From a virus, in IMG/VR virus record IMGVR_UViG_3300025137_000017, positions 32,001 to 96,000 of that record: DNA of 64,000 nucleotides; one strand, given 5' to 3'. The position numbers and the translations under genes were made by a program. The notes beneath the pieces are model-generated. The model made no database searches. It worked only from the letters and a program-made list of their open reading frames with translations, and was not told where the DNA came from. Shown one piece after another: positions 56,540 through 64,000 of this stretch (the first letter of the stretch is position 1; every line of letters begins with the position of its first letter).

Positions 56540-57808
56540 GTGACTAACATAGCAGATGAAATATTTAATATACTAAAAGGATCAAACTATAAGGTGAGAC
56601 TTTTTACATCTGAAGGGATTAAAACACTTAATCCAGAAGAAGCCACACGTTTTTATGCTTACGATCAAGACTTAATGATCACCCTCAGACAGGATGAAGC
56701 AAAAAACGAAATAGTTGTTCAAGCTGGAGCCGGATACGATATTCCAGGCAACAAGAAATTATTAGATAGTGTCAAATCAGTGGCACACAAAAATCTAGGA
56801 GAGTATACTGTGAGAAAATTCGATAAAGAAATTGCACCAAAAGACTTTGCACACCAGAGTGTTAAAGAAGGATTTAGCAAACCATTTGGTAGCGTAAAAA
56901 CAAGTTATATCCAAAGCCCTAATGCAAAATTAGTTATTAAGCATAAGCAAGGAATTGATGAAGAAAGACGTGGCGCCCGTAGTAGAAACATTCAAGCACT
57001 CTTTATTGAGAACTCACAAGGTGAAAGATTTTCGTTCCCCCATAGATATATGGCAGGAGCAAAAGCGATGGCGATGCACGTCAATGAAGGCGGTACTCCG
57101 TATGACGACAAAGGGGCAGCAATCCTCAGTCTATGTGAAGAGATCGCAGAACTTAACAAATTTGTAAGGCACGTTAAGTCAAATAATCTAGTTAACGAAG
57201 ATAACAGTGATATTGTAGAAACAATTAGTAATAAATTGGGTGAGTACAAAAACACAGTTAAAAGTTTGTCAACCCTCAGAGGTTATAACAACTTTCAAGT
57301 TCAAGAGAATAAAGAAGAAATTAATGAGGTTGACGTTACAGAAAAATTCCTCTACAATACGTTCAAAACTGAAGAGCTAAATTCAATACTCTCAAAAGTT
57401 GGACGTATTGTAGCAGAAAACACAAGAAAAGAAAATGAAACAAAGGCAGCTATTAAACGTGTTGTAGACATTATTAATAGCGGAGCAGATTTAAAGATCA
57501 CCTATAGTGAAGATGATCCAGAGCATCCAGATAATGAAGATCCTAAAAAGTATGCAGGACAATCTGGAGAGATGGCAAAAATGGCTTCACTACTATCATT
57601 CTTAGGACAGCGATCCAAGAACGATGATTTGTGGAACGCCATTACTGATCTAACAGGTGATGGACAACATATAAATAGTTTTAGCAGTAGAATAATTCAA
57701 AAGATTACTAATTATATTGCTGCCAAAGCACAGGCAACTCCAGCAGTTGAAAGTATTATTGGATTAGACGAAGAAGCAATTCTTGAACTAAGAAAGAAAA
57801 TATCTTAA
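56540..57808 (+). CDS. Hypothetical late/virion protein
   Basis: CATAAATA at 56510-56517; AGGAG then GTG start; RSRNIQALFIENSQGERF..P...AGAKAMA.HV..GG.PYD motif. Confidence 0.65.
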   Translation: MTNIADEIFNILKGSNYKVRLFTSEGIKTLNPEEATRFYAYDQDLMITLRQDEAKNEIVVQAGAGYDIPGNKKLLDSVKSVAHKNLGEYTVRKFDKEIAPKDFAHQSVKEGFSKPFGSVKTSYIQSPNAKLVIKHKQGIDEERRGARSRNIQALFIENSQGERFSFPHRYMAGAKAMAMHVNEGGTPYDDKGAAILSLCEEIAELNKFVRHVKSNNLVNEDNSDIVETISNKLGEYKNTVKSLSTLRGYNNFQVQENKEEINEVDVTEKFLYNTFKTEELNSILSKVGRIVAENTRKENETKAAIKRVVDIINSGADLKITYSEDDPEHPDNEDPKKYAGQSGEMAKMASLLSFLGQRSKNDDLWNAITDLTGDGQHINSFSSRIIQKITNYIAAKAQATPAVESIIGLDEEAILELRKKIS

Positions 57809-57826
57809 AATAGTTCAAAAAAGTAC

Positions 57827-57855
57827 TTGACAGTAAGTACTATAAACGCTATACT
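57827..57855 (+). promoter_or_regulatory. Sigma70-like promoter for the gp32-uvsX-uvsY operon
   Basis: TTGACA-17 nt-TATACT. Confidence 0.8.
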
Positions 57856-57951
57856 GTAAAGGCTAATAAAGGCAAACGTAGTTAAGAGCTACATTAACAA
57901 AGTGATACACAATAGTATCGCTACTAACAAAGGCTAATATAGGAGAATATC

Positions 57952-58989
57952 ATGGCATCTTTGGCAGAAATTCGTGCGAAATTACTTGCACAAGAAACAA
58001 AATCCTCAGGAACACGTTCCTCAGGTGGTGGCGATAACGCCATTTTCGCTCACTGGAATATTCCAGAAGGCACTTCCGCAACATTGCGTTTCCTCCCAGA
58101 CTTAGACGAAACTAATACGTTCTTTTGGAAAGAACGTCAAATGATTCGTATGGAATTCCCTGGTGTAGTAGGTGGTGATGAACACAAACCTGTTACAGTA
58201 CAAGTTCCTTGTGTTGAAATGTGGGGAGATAGTTGCCCAGTACATGCAGAAATACGTCCTTGGTTTAAGGATGGTACAATGGAAGACATGGCTAGGAAGT
58301 ATTGGAAGAAGAGAAGTTATATCTTCCAAGGCTTTGTAACACAGAGCGAACTACAGGAAGATACGGTTCCTGAAAATCCAATCCGTAGATTCGTTATAAG
58401 CCCACAAATCTTTAAGATTATAAGTCAGGCTTTGATGGATCCAGACTTCCCAGAAATTCCAACTGATTATGAGGCAGGCACAGACTTTAGAGTACAGAAG
58501 TCTACTAAAGGCCAGTATGCTGATTACTCAACATCTAATTGGGCTCGTAGAGAGCGTTCATTAGATCAAGTGGAACGTGATGCAATTGCAAATAATGGGT
58601 TGTTTAATCTCAATGACTTCCTTCCTAAGAAGCCAAGTCCAGAAGAGGTTGGTATTATATTTGAGATGTTTGAAGCAAGTGTAGATGGTCAGTTATATGA
58701 TCCTGCTAGATTTGCCGATTATTATCGTCCATATGGTGTAGAGGCGCCAGGCAATCGTAATGCAAATACTTCCTCAACTCCGGCACCTGCAATAGCACCG
58801 GCTCCAGTAGTACCTCCAGTGGCACCGGCTCCAGTAGCACCTGTTCAAGAAGCAGTAATGCAACCAGCGCCTGTGGCAACACCTGAAGAGATGGGTGCAA
58901 CTGTAACGACAGCACCTGCAAAGACTGACGATGCATCAACTAGTGCGGCGGACATCTTAGCAATGATTCGTCAACGTAAAGAAAATTAG
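57952..58989 (+). CDS. Single-stranded DNA-binding protein, T4 gp32-like
   Basis: LRFLPD, PC.EMWG..CPV, YWKKRSY, G.DF...K...YADY..S motifs. Confidence 0.88.
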   Translation: MASLAEIRAKLLAQETKSSGTRSSGGGDNAIFAHWNIPEGTSATLRFLPDLDETNTFFWKERQMIRMEFPGVVGGDEHKPVTVQVPCVEMWGDSCPVHAEIRPWFKDGTMEDMARKYWKKRSYIFQGFVTQSELQEDTVPENPIRRFVISPQIFKIISQALMDPDFPEIPTDYEAGTDFRVQKSTKGQYADYSTSNWARRERSLDQVERDAIANNGLFNLNDFLPKKPSPEEVGIIFEMFEASVDGQLYDPARFADYYRPYGVEAPGNRNANTSSTPAPAIAPAPVVPPVAPAPVAPVQEAVMQPAPVATPEEMGATVTTAPAKTDDASTSAADILAMIRQRKEN

Positions 58990-59000
58990 GAGCAGTAAAA

Positions 59001-60110
59001 ATGGCTAGACCTTTTGACGTAAGTAAATTCCGCAAAAGTATCACCAAGGCAGTTCCAGGTTTGAGTGTTGGGTTTAACGATCCCGACACTTGGATCTCTA
59101 CAGGAAATTTTACCCTTAATAAATTAATTAGTGGAGACTTTGAAAAAGGTATTCCACTAGGTAAAGTTACTGTACTGGCTGGTGAATCAGGAGCAGGAAA
59201 AAGCTACATAGCCGCAGGCAATATTGTTAAAGCGGCACAAGAACAAGGCATATTTGTTATCTTAATTGATAGTGAGAATGCACTCGACGAAGCATGGTTA
59301 CATGCATTAGACGTCGACACAGGAGAAGATAAACTTCTCAAACTAAACATGAGTATGATTGATGATGTTGCTAAGACAGTATCAGACTTTATGAAGGACT
59401 ATAAGCTGGAATATGCAGATAAAGAAAGCGAAGAACGTCCTAAAGTATTGTTTGTAGTGGATTCCCTTGGTATGCTATTGACACCTACAGATGTTGATCA
59501 GTTCCAAAAGGGTGATATGAAAGGTGATATGGGTAGAAAACCTAAAGCACTAACATCATTAGTTCGTAACACAGTTAATATGTTTGGCGAATATAACGTT
59601 GGGCTATTAGCAACTAACCACACTTATGCATCACAGGACATGTTTGATCCAGATGATAAGATTAGTGGTGGACAAGGCTTTATCTATGCAAGTAGTATCG
59701 TTATTGCAATGCGAAAACTTAAATTAAAAGTAGACGCAGATGGTAATAAGACTACTACAGTAAATGGTATTAGAGCTGCATGTAAGGTAATGAAGACTCG
59801 TTATGCTAAACCTTTTGAAAGTGTACAAGTTGAAATACCTTATGAAACTGGTATGAGCCCATATAGTGGACTAACTGAATTCTTTGAAGCAAAAGATATT
59901 CTAAAGAAAAGTGGTAATAGTCTAGAATATATTAGTCCAGTTACTGGTGAAGTAGTTAAAATGTTCCGTAAACCTTGGAATGCAAACAAAGATGGTGCAT
60001 TAGATAAGGTTATGATGGAGTTTGGTTCATTACCAGAAGAAGTGCAGGATGCAAATCCTGATGAGGTTCCTGATATAATGGTTGAAGAGGTAGAAGTAGA
60101 TGAATCTTAA
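59001..60110 (+). CDS. uvsX: RecA-like recombinase UvsX
   Basis: AGESGAGKS, DSENA, VVDSLG, NHTY and SGGQG..YASS motifs. Confidence 0.92.
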   Translation: MARPFDVSKFRKSITKAVPGLSVGFNDPDTWISTGNFTLNKLISGDFEKGIPLGKVTVLAGESGAGKSYIAAGNIVKAAQEQGIFVILIDSENALDEAWLHALDVDTGEDKLLKLNMSMIDDVAKTVSDFMKDYKLEYADKESEERPKVLFVVDSLGMLLTPTDVDQFQKGDMKGDMGRKPKALTSLVRNTVNMFGEYNVGLLATNHTYASQDMFDPDDKISGGQGFIYASSIVIAMRKLKLKVDADGNKTTTVNGIRAACKVMKTRYAKPFESVQVEIPYETGMSPYSGLTEFFEAKDILKKSGNSLEYISPVTGEVVKMFRKPWNANKDGALDKVMMEFGSLPEEVQDANPDEVPDIMVEEVEVDES

Positions 60111-60369
60111 TGACAGTGACCTAGAGTTTATTTTACAACTATATGACGTAGGATATTCGTTTATGGCTGATAAGGCTAAAATGGATTATGCAGAAACCTT
60201 TGTATATAAACTTGTAGATTATGGATTCGACGTAAAGTCTAATGCAGTTGAAATAGGAGAACATGATGAATACTTGGATAAAGCAGTTGATACTGTTTTG
60301 GAAGAGGATGAAAGTGAACCTGAAGACGAATGGCTGGATGAAGAATTCGATACAGAATGGGATGAATAA
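60100..60369 (+). CDS. Small acidic hypothetical protein
   Basis: 89 aa with a D/E-rich tail; coupled between uvsX and uvsY. Confidence 0.65.
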   Translation: MNLNDSDLEFILQLYDVGYSFMADKAKMDYAETFVYKLVDYGFDVKSNAVEIGEHDEYLDKAVDTVLEEDESEPEDEWLDEEFDTEWDE

Positions 60370-60374
60370 ATCTC

Positions 60375-60833
60375 ATGAGTAAATGGTATAGACGAGTAAC
60401 GTCAAATATGAGTGATATCGTGGAAGCGATATCACATTTTGAGAAAGAAATAGATGAAGCGAAGTATGAATGTGGAATGAAAGGTAACCTCGAAAAACAG
60501 AGCCGTGACATGCCTGGTATCGTTGAGCACCGTTTTAACCAACTTCAAGAAGTAGAAGCTATACTCGAATACCTCAATACTGAAATGCGAAAAACTCGCA
60601 GTAAAATTTTCCGTAAGTTTCTAGAGTCTTATAATAGGGCACTCAGTTCTAGAGACGCAGAAAAATTCGTTGATGGAGAAGAGGACGTAATATCGCTTCA
60701 ATACCTCATCAACGATTTCAGTCTAGTTCGCAATAGGTTTATCGGTGTTATTAAAGCTCTGGAGGCAAAACAGTTCCAGATTAATAATATCGTTAAACTT
60801 AGGGCGGCGGGACTAGAGGATATTTCTTTATAA
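60375..60833 (+). CDS. uvsY: Recombination mediator, UvsY-like
   Basis: 152 aa, helical, ending KQFQINNIVKLRAAG; synteny with uvsX. Confidence 0.75.
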   Translation: MSKWYRRVTSNMSDIVEAISHFEKEIDEAKYECGMKGNLEKQSRDMPGIVEHRFNQLQEVEAILEYLNTEMRKTRSKIFRKFLESYNRALSSRDAEKFVDGEEDVISLQYLINDFSLVRNRFIGVIKALEAKQFQINNIVKLRAAGLEDISL

Positions 60834-60841
60834 AAAAACAC

Positions 60842-60869
60842 TTGACACACTGGCTAATTGTGCTATTAT
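60842..60869 (+). promoter_or_regulatory. Sigma70-like promoter
   Basis: TTGACA-16 nt-TATTAT with TGn extension. Confidence 0.65.
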
Positions 60870-60906
60870 AGTAATATAGGACAAACAAGCTAATAGGACA
60901 GTGAAA

Positions 60907-61617
60907 ATGGCTAAAAAATCTAAAATTATCAGCGGATACAATCCACAAGAAGTACTTGCTCTAGGAGTACAAACCTACAATGCACAGGGCTTCGTTCGTA
61001 GTGGCGATGGGTATATTAAAGTAGACCCAAATACAGGTGAGAAATCAACCGAAGTCAAGGATAACAAATCGCTTATTCTTGATCTAATCGCTGATAACAC
61101 CCGCCCTTCCCCAGAAGATATGCAAGAAGCACAAGTTATCATGGACAAGTTCAGTGGTAAATTTATGTTGAAAAAACTACAAGGTAGTTTAACTCGCTTT
61201 GAAACCAGTGTAAGTGAGGCGTTCACTAATGATCTTACTAACTTTACTGTTGCAGTTATTGCCAGTATTCCTCATATGAATGTTATTGACAAAGTAAGAC
61301 AAACTATTACAGATAAAATTGAAGAGTTACGTTTTAAAAGTGATTACTTTGGTGATGTCCGTACACGTTATGATCTTTCAGTAGAGATTATTGATGTAAA
61401 GTTTATTCAAACATCAGGTGTATACATGATCACTAGTGTATATAATGACACAGATATTATTAAGTTTTGGTGGAGAGATCAGCCAGATATCAGTGATATT
61501 ATTAACGGTAAAACTGTTACTATTCGTGGAACAGTTCTCAAACATGAGAATAGTAAGTATTCCAAAGCAAAAGAAACAATGTTAAATCGTGTTAAAATTA
61601 TGGGAGAGCTAAAATAA
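60907..61617 (+). CDS. Hypothetical protein with a probable C-terminal OB-fold
   Basis: C-terminal GKTVTIRGTVLKH...ETMLNRVK beta pattern. Confidence 0.55.
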   Translation: MAKKSKIISGYNPQEVLALGVQTYNAQGFVRSGDGYIKVDPNTGEKSTEVKDNKSLILDLIADNTRPSPEDMQEAQVIMDKFSGKFMLKKLQGSLTRFETSVSEAFTNDLTNFTVAVIASIPHMNVIDKVRQTITDKIEELRFKSDYFGDVRTRYDLSVEIIDVKFIQTSGVYMITSVYNDTDIIKFWWRDQPDISDIINGKTVTIRGTVLKHENSKYSKAKETMLNRVKIMGELK

Positions 61618-61814
61618 TGAAATGGGACGAACCAGAGGTTATGACTGTAACATGTACAGATAACGATAAGACTGCTGAAGTTACTATTATCCGTAAATCA
61701 CACGATATCATTCGTGCAGAACTACAAGGCATACCATTAAACTTTAAGAAATATAAGCCAGGCGTATATATTGCTAATATGAGTGGTATGGAATTTGTCC
61801 TTAAAACAAAATAA
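61617..61814 (+). CDS. Small hypothetical protein
   Basis: 65 aa; TAATG coupling; GGAG RBS. Confidence 0.65.
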   Translation: MKWDEPEVMTVTCTDNDKTAEVTIIRKSHDIIRAELQGIPLNFKKYKPGVYIANMSGMEFVLKTK

Positions 61815-61870
61815 ATTTCAAAAGATTTATAAGCATTTGATATTGCTGAATAAAAGAGTCAACTCTTTTC

Positions 61871-61899
61871 TTGACAGTAAGGCATATCGGTGTTATAAT
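61871..61899 (+). promoter_or_regulatory. Sigma70-like promoter
   Basis: TTGACA-17 nt-TATAAT with TGn extension; preceded by the hairpin AAAAGAG/CTCTTTT at 61852-61869. Confidence 0.8.
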
Positions 61900-61948
61900 C
61901 TTTATATAATTAGATATTAAACACAAACAGGAGTTTGAATTGAGAACA

Positions 61949-62800
61949 ATGGCACTTAAGACTAACCGCAAGTCTAAAAAAGCGGACTCTATTATTAGTG
62001 TAGTTAACGATGCAGTTGATAATCCTAACGAAACAGATGACCAGATTATTGAAAGACTTCGTACAAGATTTGAGATACTTGATGATATGACACAGGCCTC
62101 AATAGATGGTGTTGTTAGAGGTATGGTAGTAACAGGCCCTCCAGGCGTAGGTAAATCATTTGGTGTAGAAGCACAATTAGAAAAGAACAGTTTGTTCGAT
62201 AAGATTGCAGGCAACAAGTTACGTTTTGAAGTTGTTAAAGGCGCCAGTAGTGCAATTGGCTTGTATAAGACACTATACCAAAATGCAGACAAGAACAATG
62301 TACTAGTATTAGATGATTGTGATACAGTATTGTATGACGAGACAAGTCTTAACCTACTTAAGGCGGCACTAGATTCCAGTAAGAAACGTAAACTTAATTG
62401 GAATACAGATAGTTCATTGTTAAGACGTGAAGGTATTCCAGACTGTTTTGAATTTAAGGGTTCAGTTATTTTTATTACTAACCTAAAGTTTGATAAGGTA
62501 CGTGGTAAAATTAAAGACCACTTGGATGCTATTATGTCACGTTGTCACTACTTAGACTTAACTATGGATACAACTCGTGAAAAGGTTCTACGTTGTAAGC
62601 AGATTGTTAAAGATGGTATGCTTAATGAATACGAATTTGACAAGGCAACTGAGGATCAAGTTGTAAACTTTATGATTGACCAGAAGGATAAAATGAGAGA
62701 GATCTCACTCCGTATGGTAACCAAGATTGCAGACCTTCGTAAAGCAATGCCAGAGAAATGGCAAGCAGTAGCTGAAGTTACTTGTATGCGAAGGATGTGA
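61949..62800 (+). CDS. AAA+/P-loop ATPase
   Basis: GPPGVGKS Walker A, VLDDCD Walker B, IFITN sensor and SRC arginine finger. Confidence 0.85.
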   Translation: MALKTNRKSKKADSIISVVNDAVDNPNETDDQIIERLRTRFEILDDMTQASIDGVVRGMVVTGPPGVGKSFGVEAQLEKNSLFDKIAGNKLRFEVVKGASSAIGLYKTLYQNADKNNVLVLDDCDTVLYDETSLNLLKAALDSSKKRKLNWNTDSSLLRREGIPDCFEFKGSVIFITNLKFDKVRGKIKDHLDAIMSRCHYLDLTMDTTREKVLRCKQIVKDGMLNEYEFDKATEDQVVNFMIDQKDKMREISLRMVTKIADLRKAMPEKWQAVAEVTCMRRM

Positions 62801-62816
62801 TAAACCCCCCAACTAT

Positions 62817-62847
62817 GAGCCTGGCATTCATTTGCCAGGCTCTTTTT
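62817..62847 (+). terminator. Intrinsic terminator
   Basis: GAGCCTGGCA-TTCATT-TGCCAGGCTC followed by TTTTT. Confidence 0.88.
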
Positions 62848-62852
62848 ATATC

Positions 62853-62880
62853 TTGACAAACAAACTAGATCGTGTATAAT
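62853..62880 (+). promoter_or_regulatory. Sigma70-like promoter (probably gives a leaderless mRNA)
   Basis: TTGACA-16 nt-TATAAT; ATG lies 6 nt downstream. Confidence 0.75.
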
Positions 62881-62886
62881 AGTATT

Positions 62887-64000
62887 ATGAGTTGTAAAAT
62901 AATCCTAAAAGATGAGGTAAATTGTAAGATCGAAGGCTTAGATCTCGATACTCGAAAGAAGATTGAGAAGAAGCTGAAGTTCTTTATGCCCTATGCATAC
63001 CATGTACCAGCATATAAGTTGGGCAGATGGGATGGTTGTATTAGTTTCTTTACTATTGGTGGAGTAACATACAGTAATCTGTTGGATGATATACTTCCAA
63101 TTATCATTGCAGATGGTTATGAAGTAAATGTAGAAGATCACAGATCACAAATAAAGTTAGAGTTTGATATTGTTGATGAGACTACATTCCAACATAAGAG
63201 CTGGCCTGAAGGTCATGTCATGGAAGGGCAACCAGTAACACTTCGTGATTATCAGATTGAGATTGTAAACAAGTTCTTAGAAACTCCACAATGTCTACAG
63301 GAGATTGCCACAGGAGCAGGTAAAACACTTATCACAGCCGCTCTTAGTTCAAAGGTAGAAGAGTATGGGCGTTCAATTGTTATTGTGCCTAACAAAGACC
63401 TAGTAACACAGACGTATGCAGACTATAAAAACTTAGGTTTAGATGTTGGAGTATACTATGGTGATAAGAAAGAATATGGTAAAACACATACTATCTGTAC
63501 ATGGCAGAGTTTAAATAGTATTAAGAAGCAATTTCGTGATGCAAAGACAGACTTTAGTCTACAGGACTTTAGTGAAGATGTAACATGTGTTATAGTAGAT
63601 GAGGTTCATCAGGCTAAAGCAGAAGTACTTAAAGAGCTACTAACAAAAGATTTTGCACATATTCCTATGAGATGGGGATTAACTGGTACTATTCCAAAAG
63701 CAGATCATGAAAAGATTGCACTAAAAGCCTGTCTAGGTGAGGTAGTTAATAAACTTGCTACTGAAACACTACAAGAAGCTGGCGTACTTAGTAACTGTCA
63801 TGTGAACGTAATGCAGTTAGAAGAAACTGTTGAATACAATAACTATCAAAGCGAACTAACATATTTAACCAGCGATAAAAAACGTATGGAATATATAAGT
63901 AAGTTGCTGGAATCTATAGGAGAGAGTGGTAACACACTTATATTAGTTGATAGAATTAAAGCAGGTAACCTAATAGTGGATAATATCCCAGGTGCTAGTT
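62887..64000 (+). CDS. uvsW: SF2 DNA helicase, UvsW-like (partial, runs off the right edge)
   Basis: Read by hand from ATG 62887: MSCKIILKDEVN...GRWDG...LRDYQ...ATGAGKT...TWQS...VDEVH...GLTGT. Confidence 0.9.
   Translation, partial: MSCKIILKDEVNCKIEGLDLDTRKKIEKKLKFFMPYAYHVPAYKLGRWDGCISFFTIGGVTYSNLLDDILPIIIADGYEVNVEDHRSQIKLEFDIVDETTFQHKSWPEGHVMEGQPVTLRDYQIEIVNKFLETPQCLQEIATGAGKTLITAALSSKVEEYGRSIVIVPNKDLVTQTYADYKNLGLDVGVYYGDKKEYGKTHTICTWQSLNSIKKQFRDAKTDFSLQDFSEDVTCVIVDEVHQAKAEVLKELLTKDFAHIPMRWGLTGTIPKADHEKIALKACLGEVVNKLATETLQEAGVLSNCHVNVMQLEETVEYNNYQSELTYLTSDKKRMEYISKLLESIGESGNTLILVDRIKAGNLIVDNIPGAS

Noticed and set aside
1-64000. Alternative genetic code (stop-codon reassignment)
   Set aside because: Core genes are full length in code 11, and TAA, TAG and TGA all end genes at sensible positions.

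Overview
This 64 kb window is an AT-rich, densely coding segment of a large T4-related myophage (standard genetic code). It holds most of the virion module: baseplate genes, tail-assembly chaperone, two tape-measure-like genes, portal, prohead core, protease, scaffold, major capsid, three S74-chaperoned tail fibres, neck, sheath, tube, head completion and large terminase. It also carries a gp55-like late sigma factor, gp47/gp46 and the gp32-UvsX-UvsY-UvsW recombination/replication genes. Two promoter classes can be read directly: sigma70-like TTGACA-N16/17-TAnnnT, and T4-late-like nnTAAATA. The most notable unexplained signals are: (1) a ~320-nt highly structured non-coding tract directly after a free-standing GIY-YIG nuclease gene; (2) a ~95-nt, probably pseudoknotted RNA bracketed by two late promoters near the terminase gene; (3) a canonical U_UUU_UUC -1 frameshift that would join the gp26-like chaperone to the next ORF; (4) an accessory island with a split radical SAM/SPASM pair and an NqrM-like gene; (5) shared capsid-targeting-like peptide motifs, possibly including a nucleotidyltransferase. 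No tRNA, rRNA, CRISPR array or integrase was recognised. All product calls come from motif recognition and synteny by eye, not from database searches.
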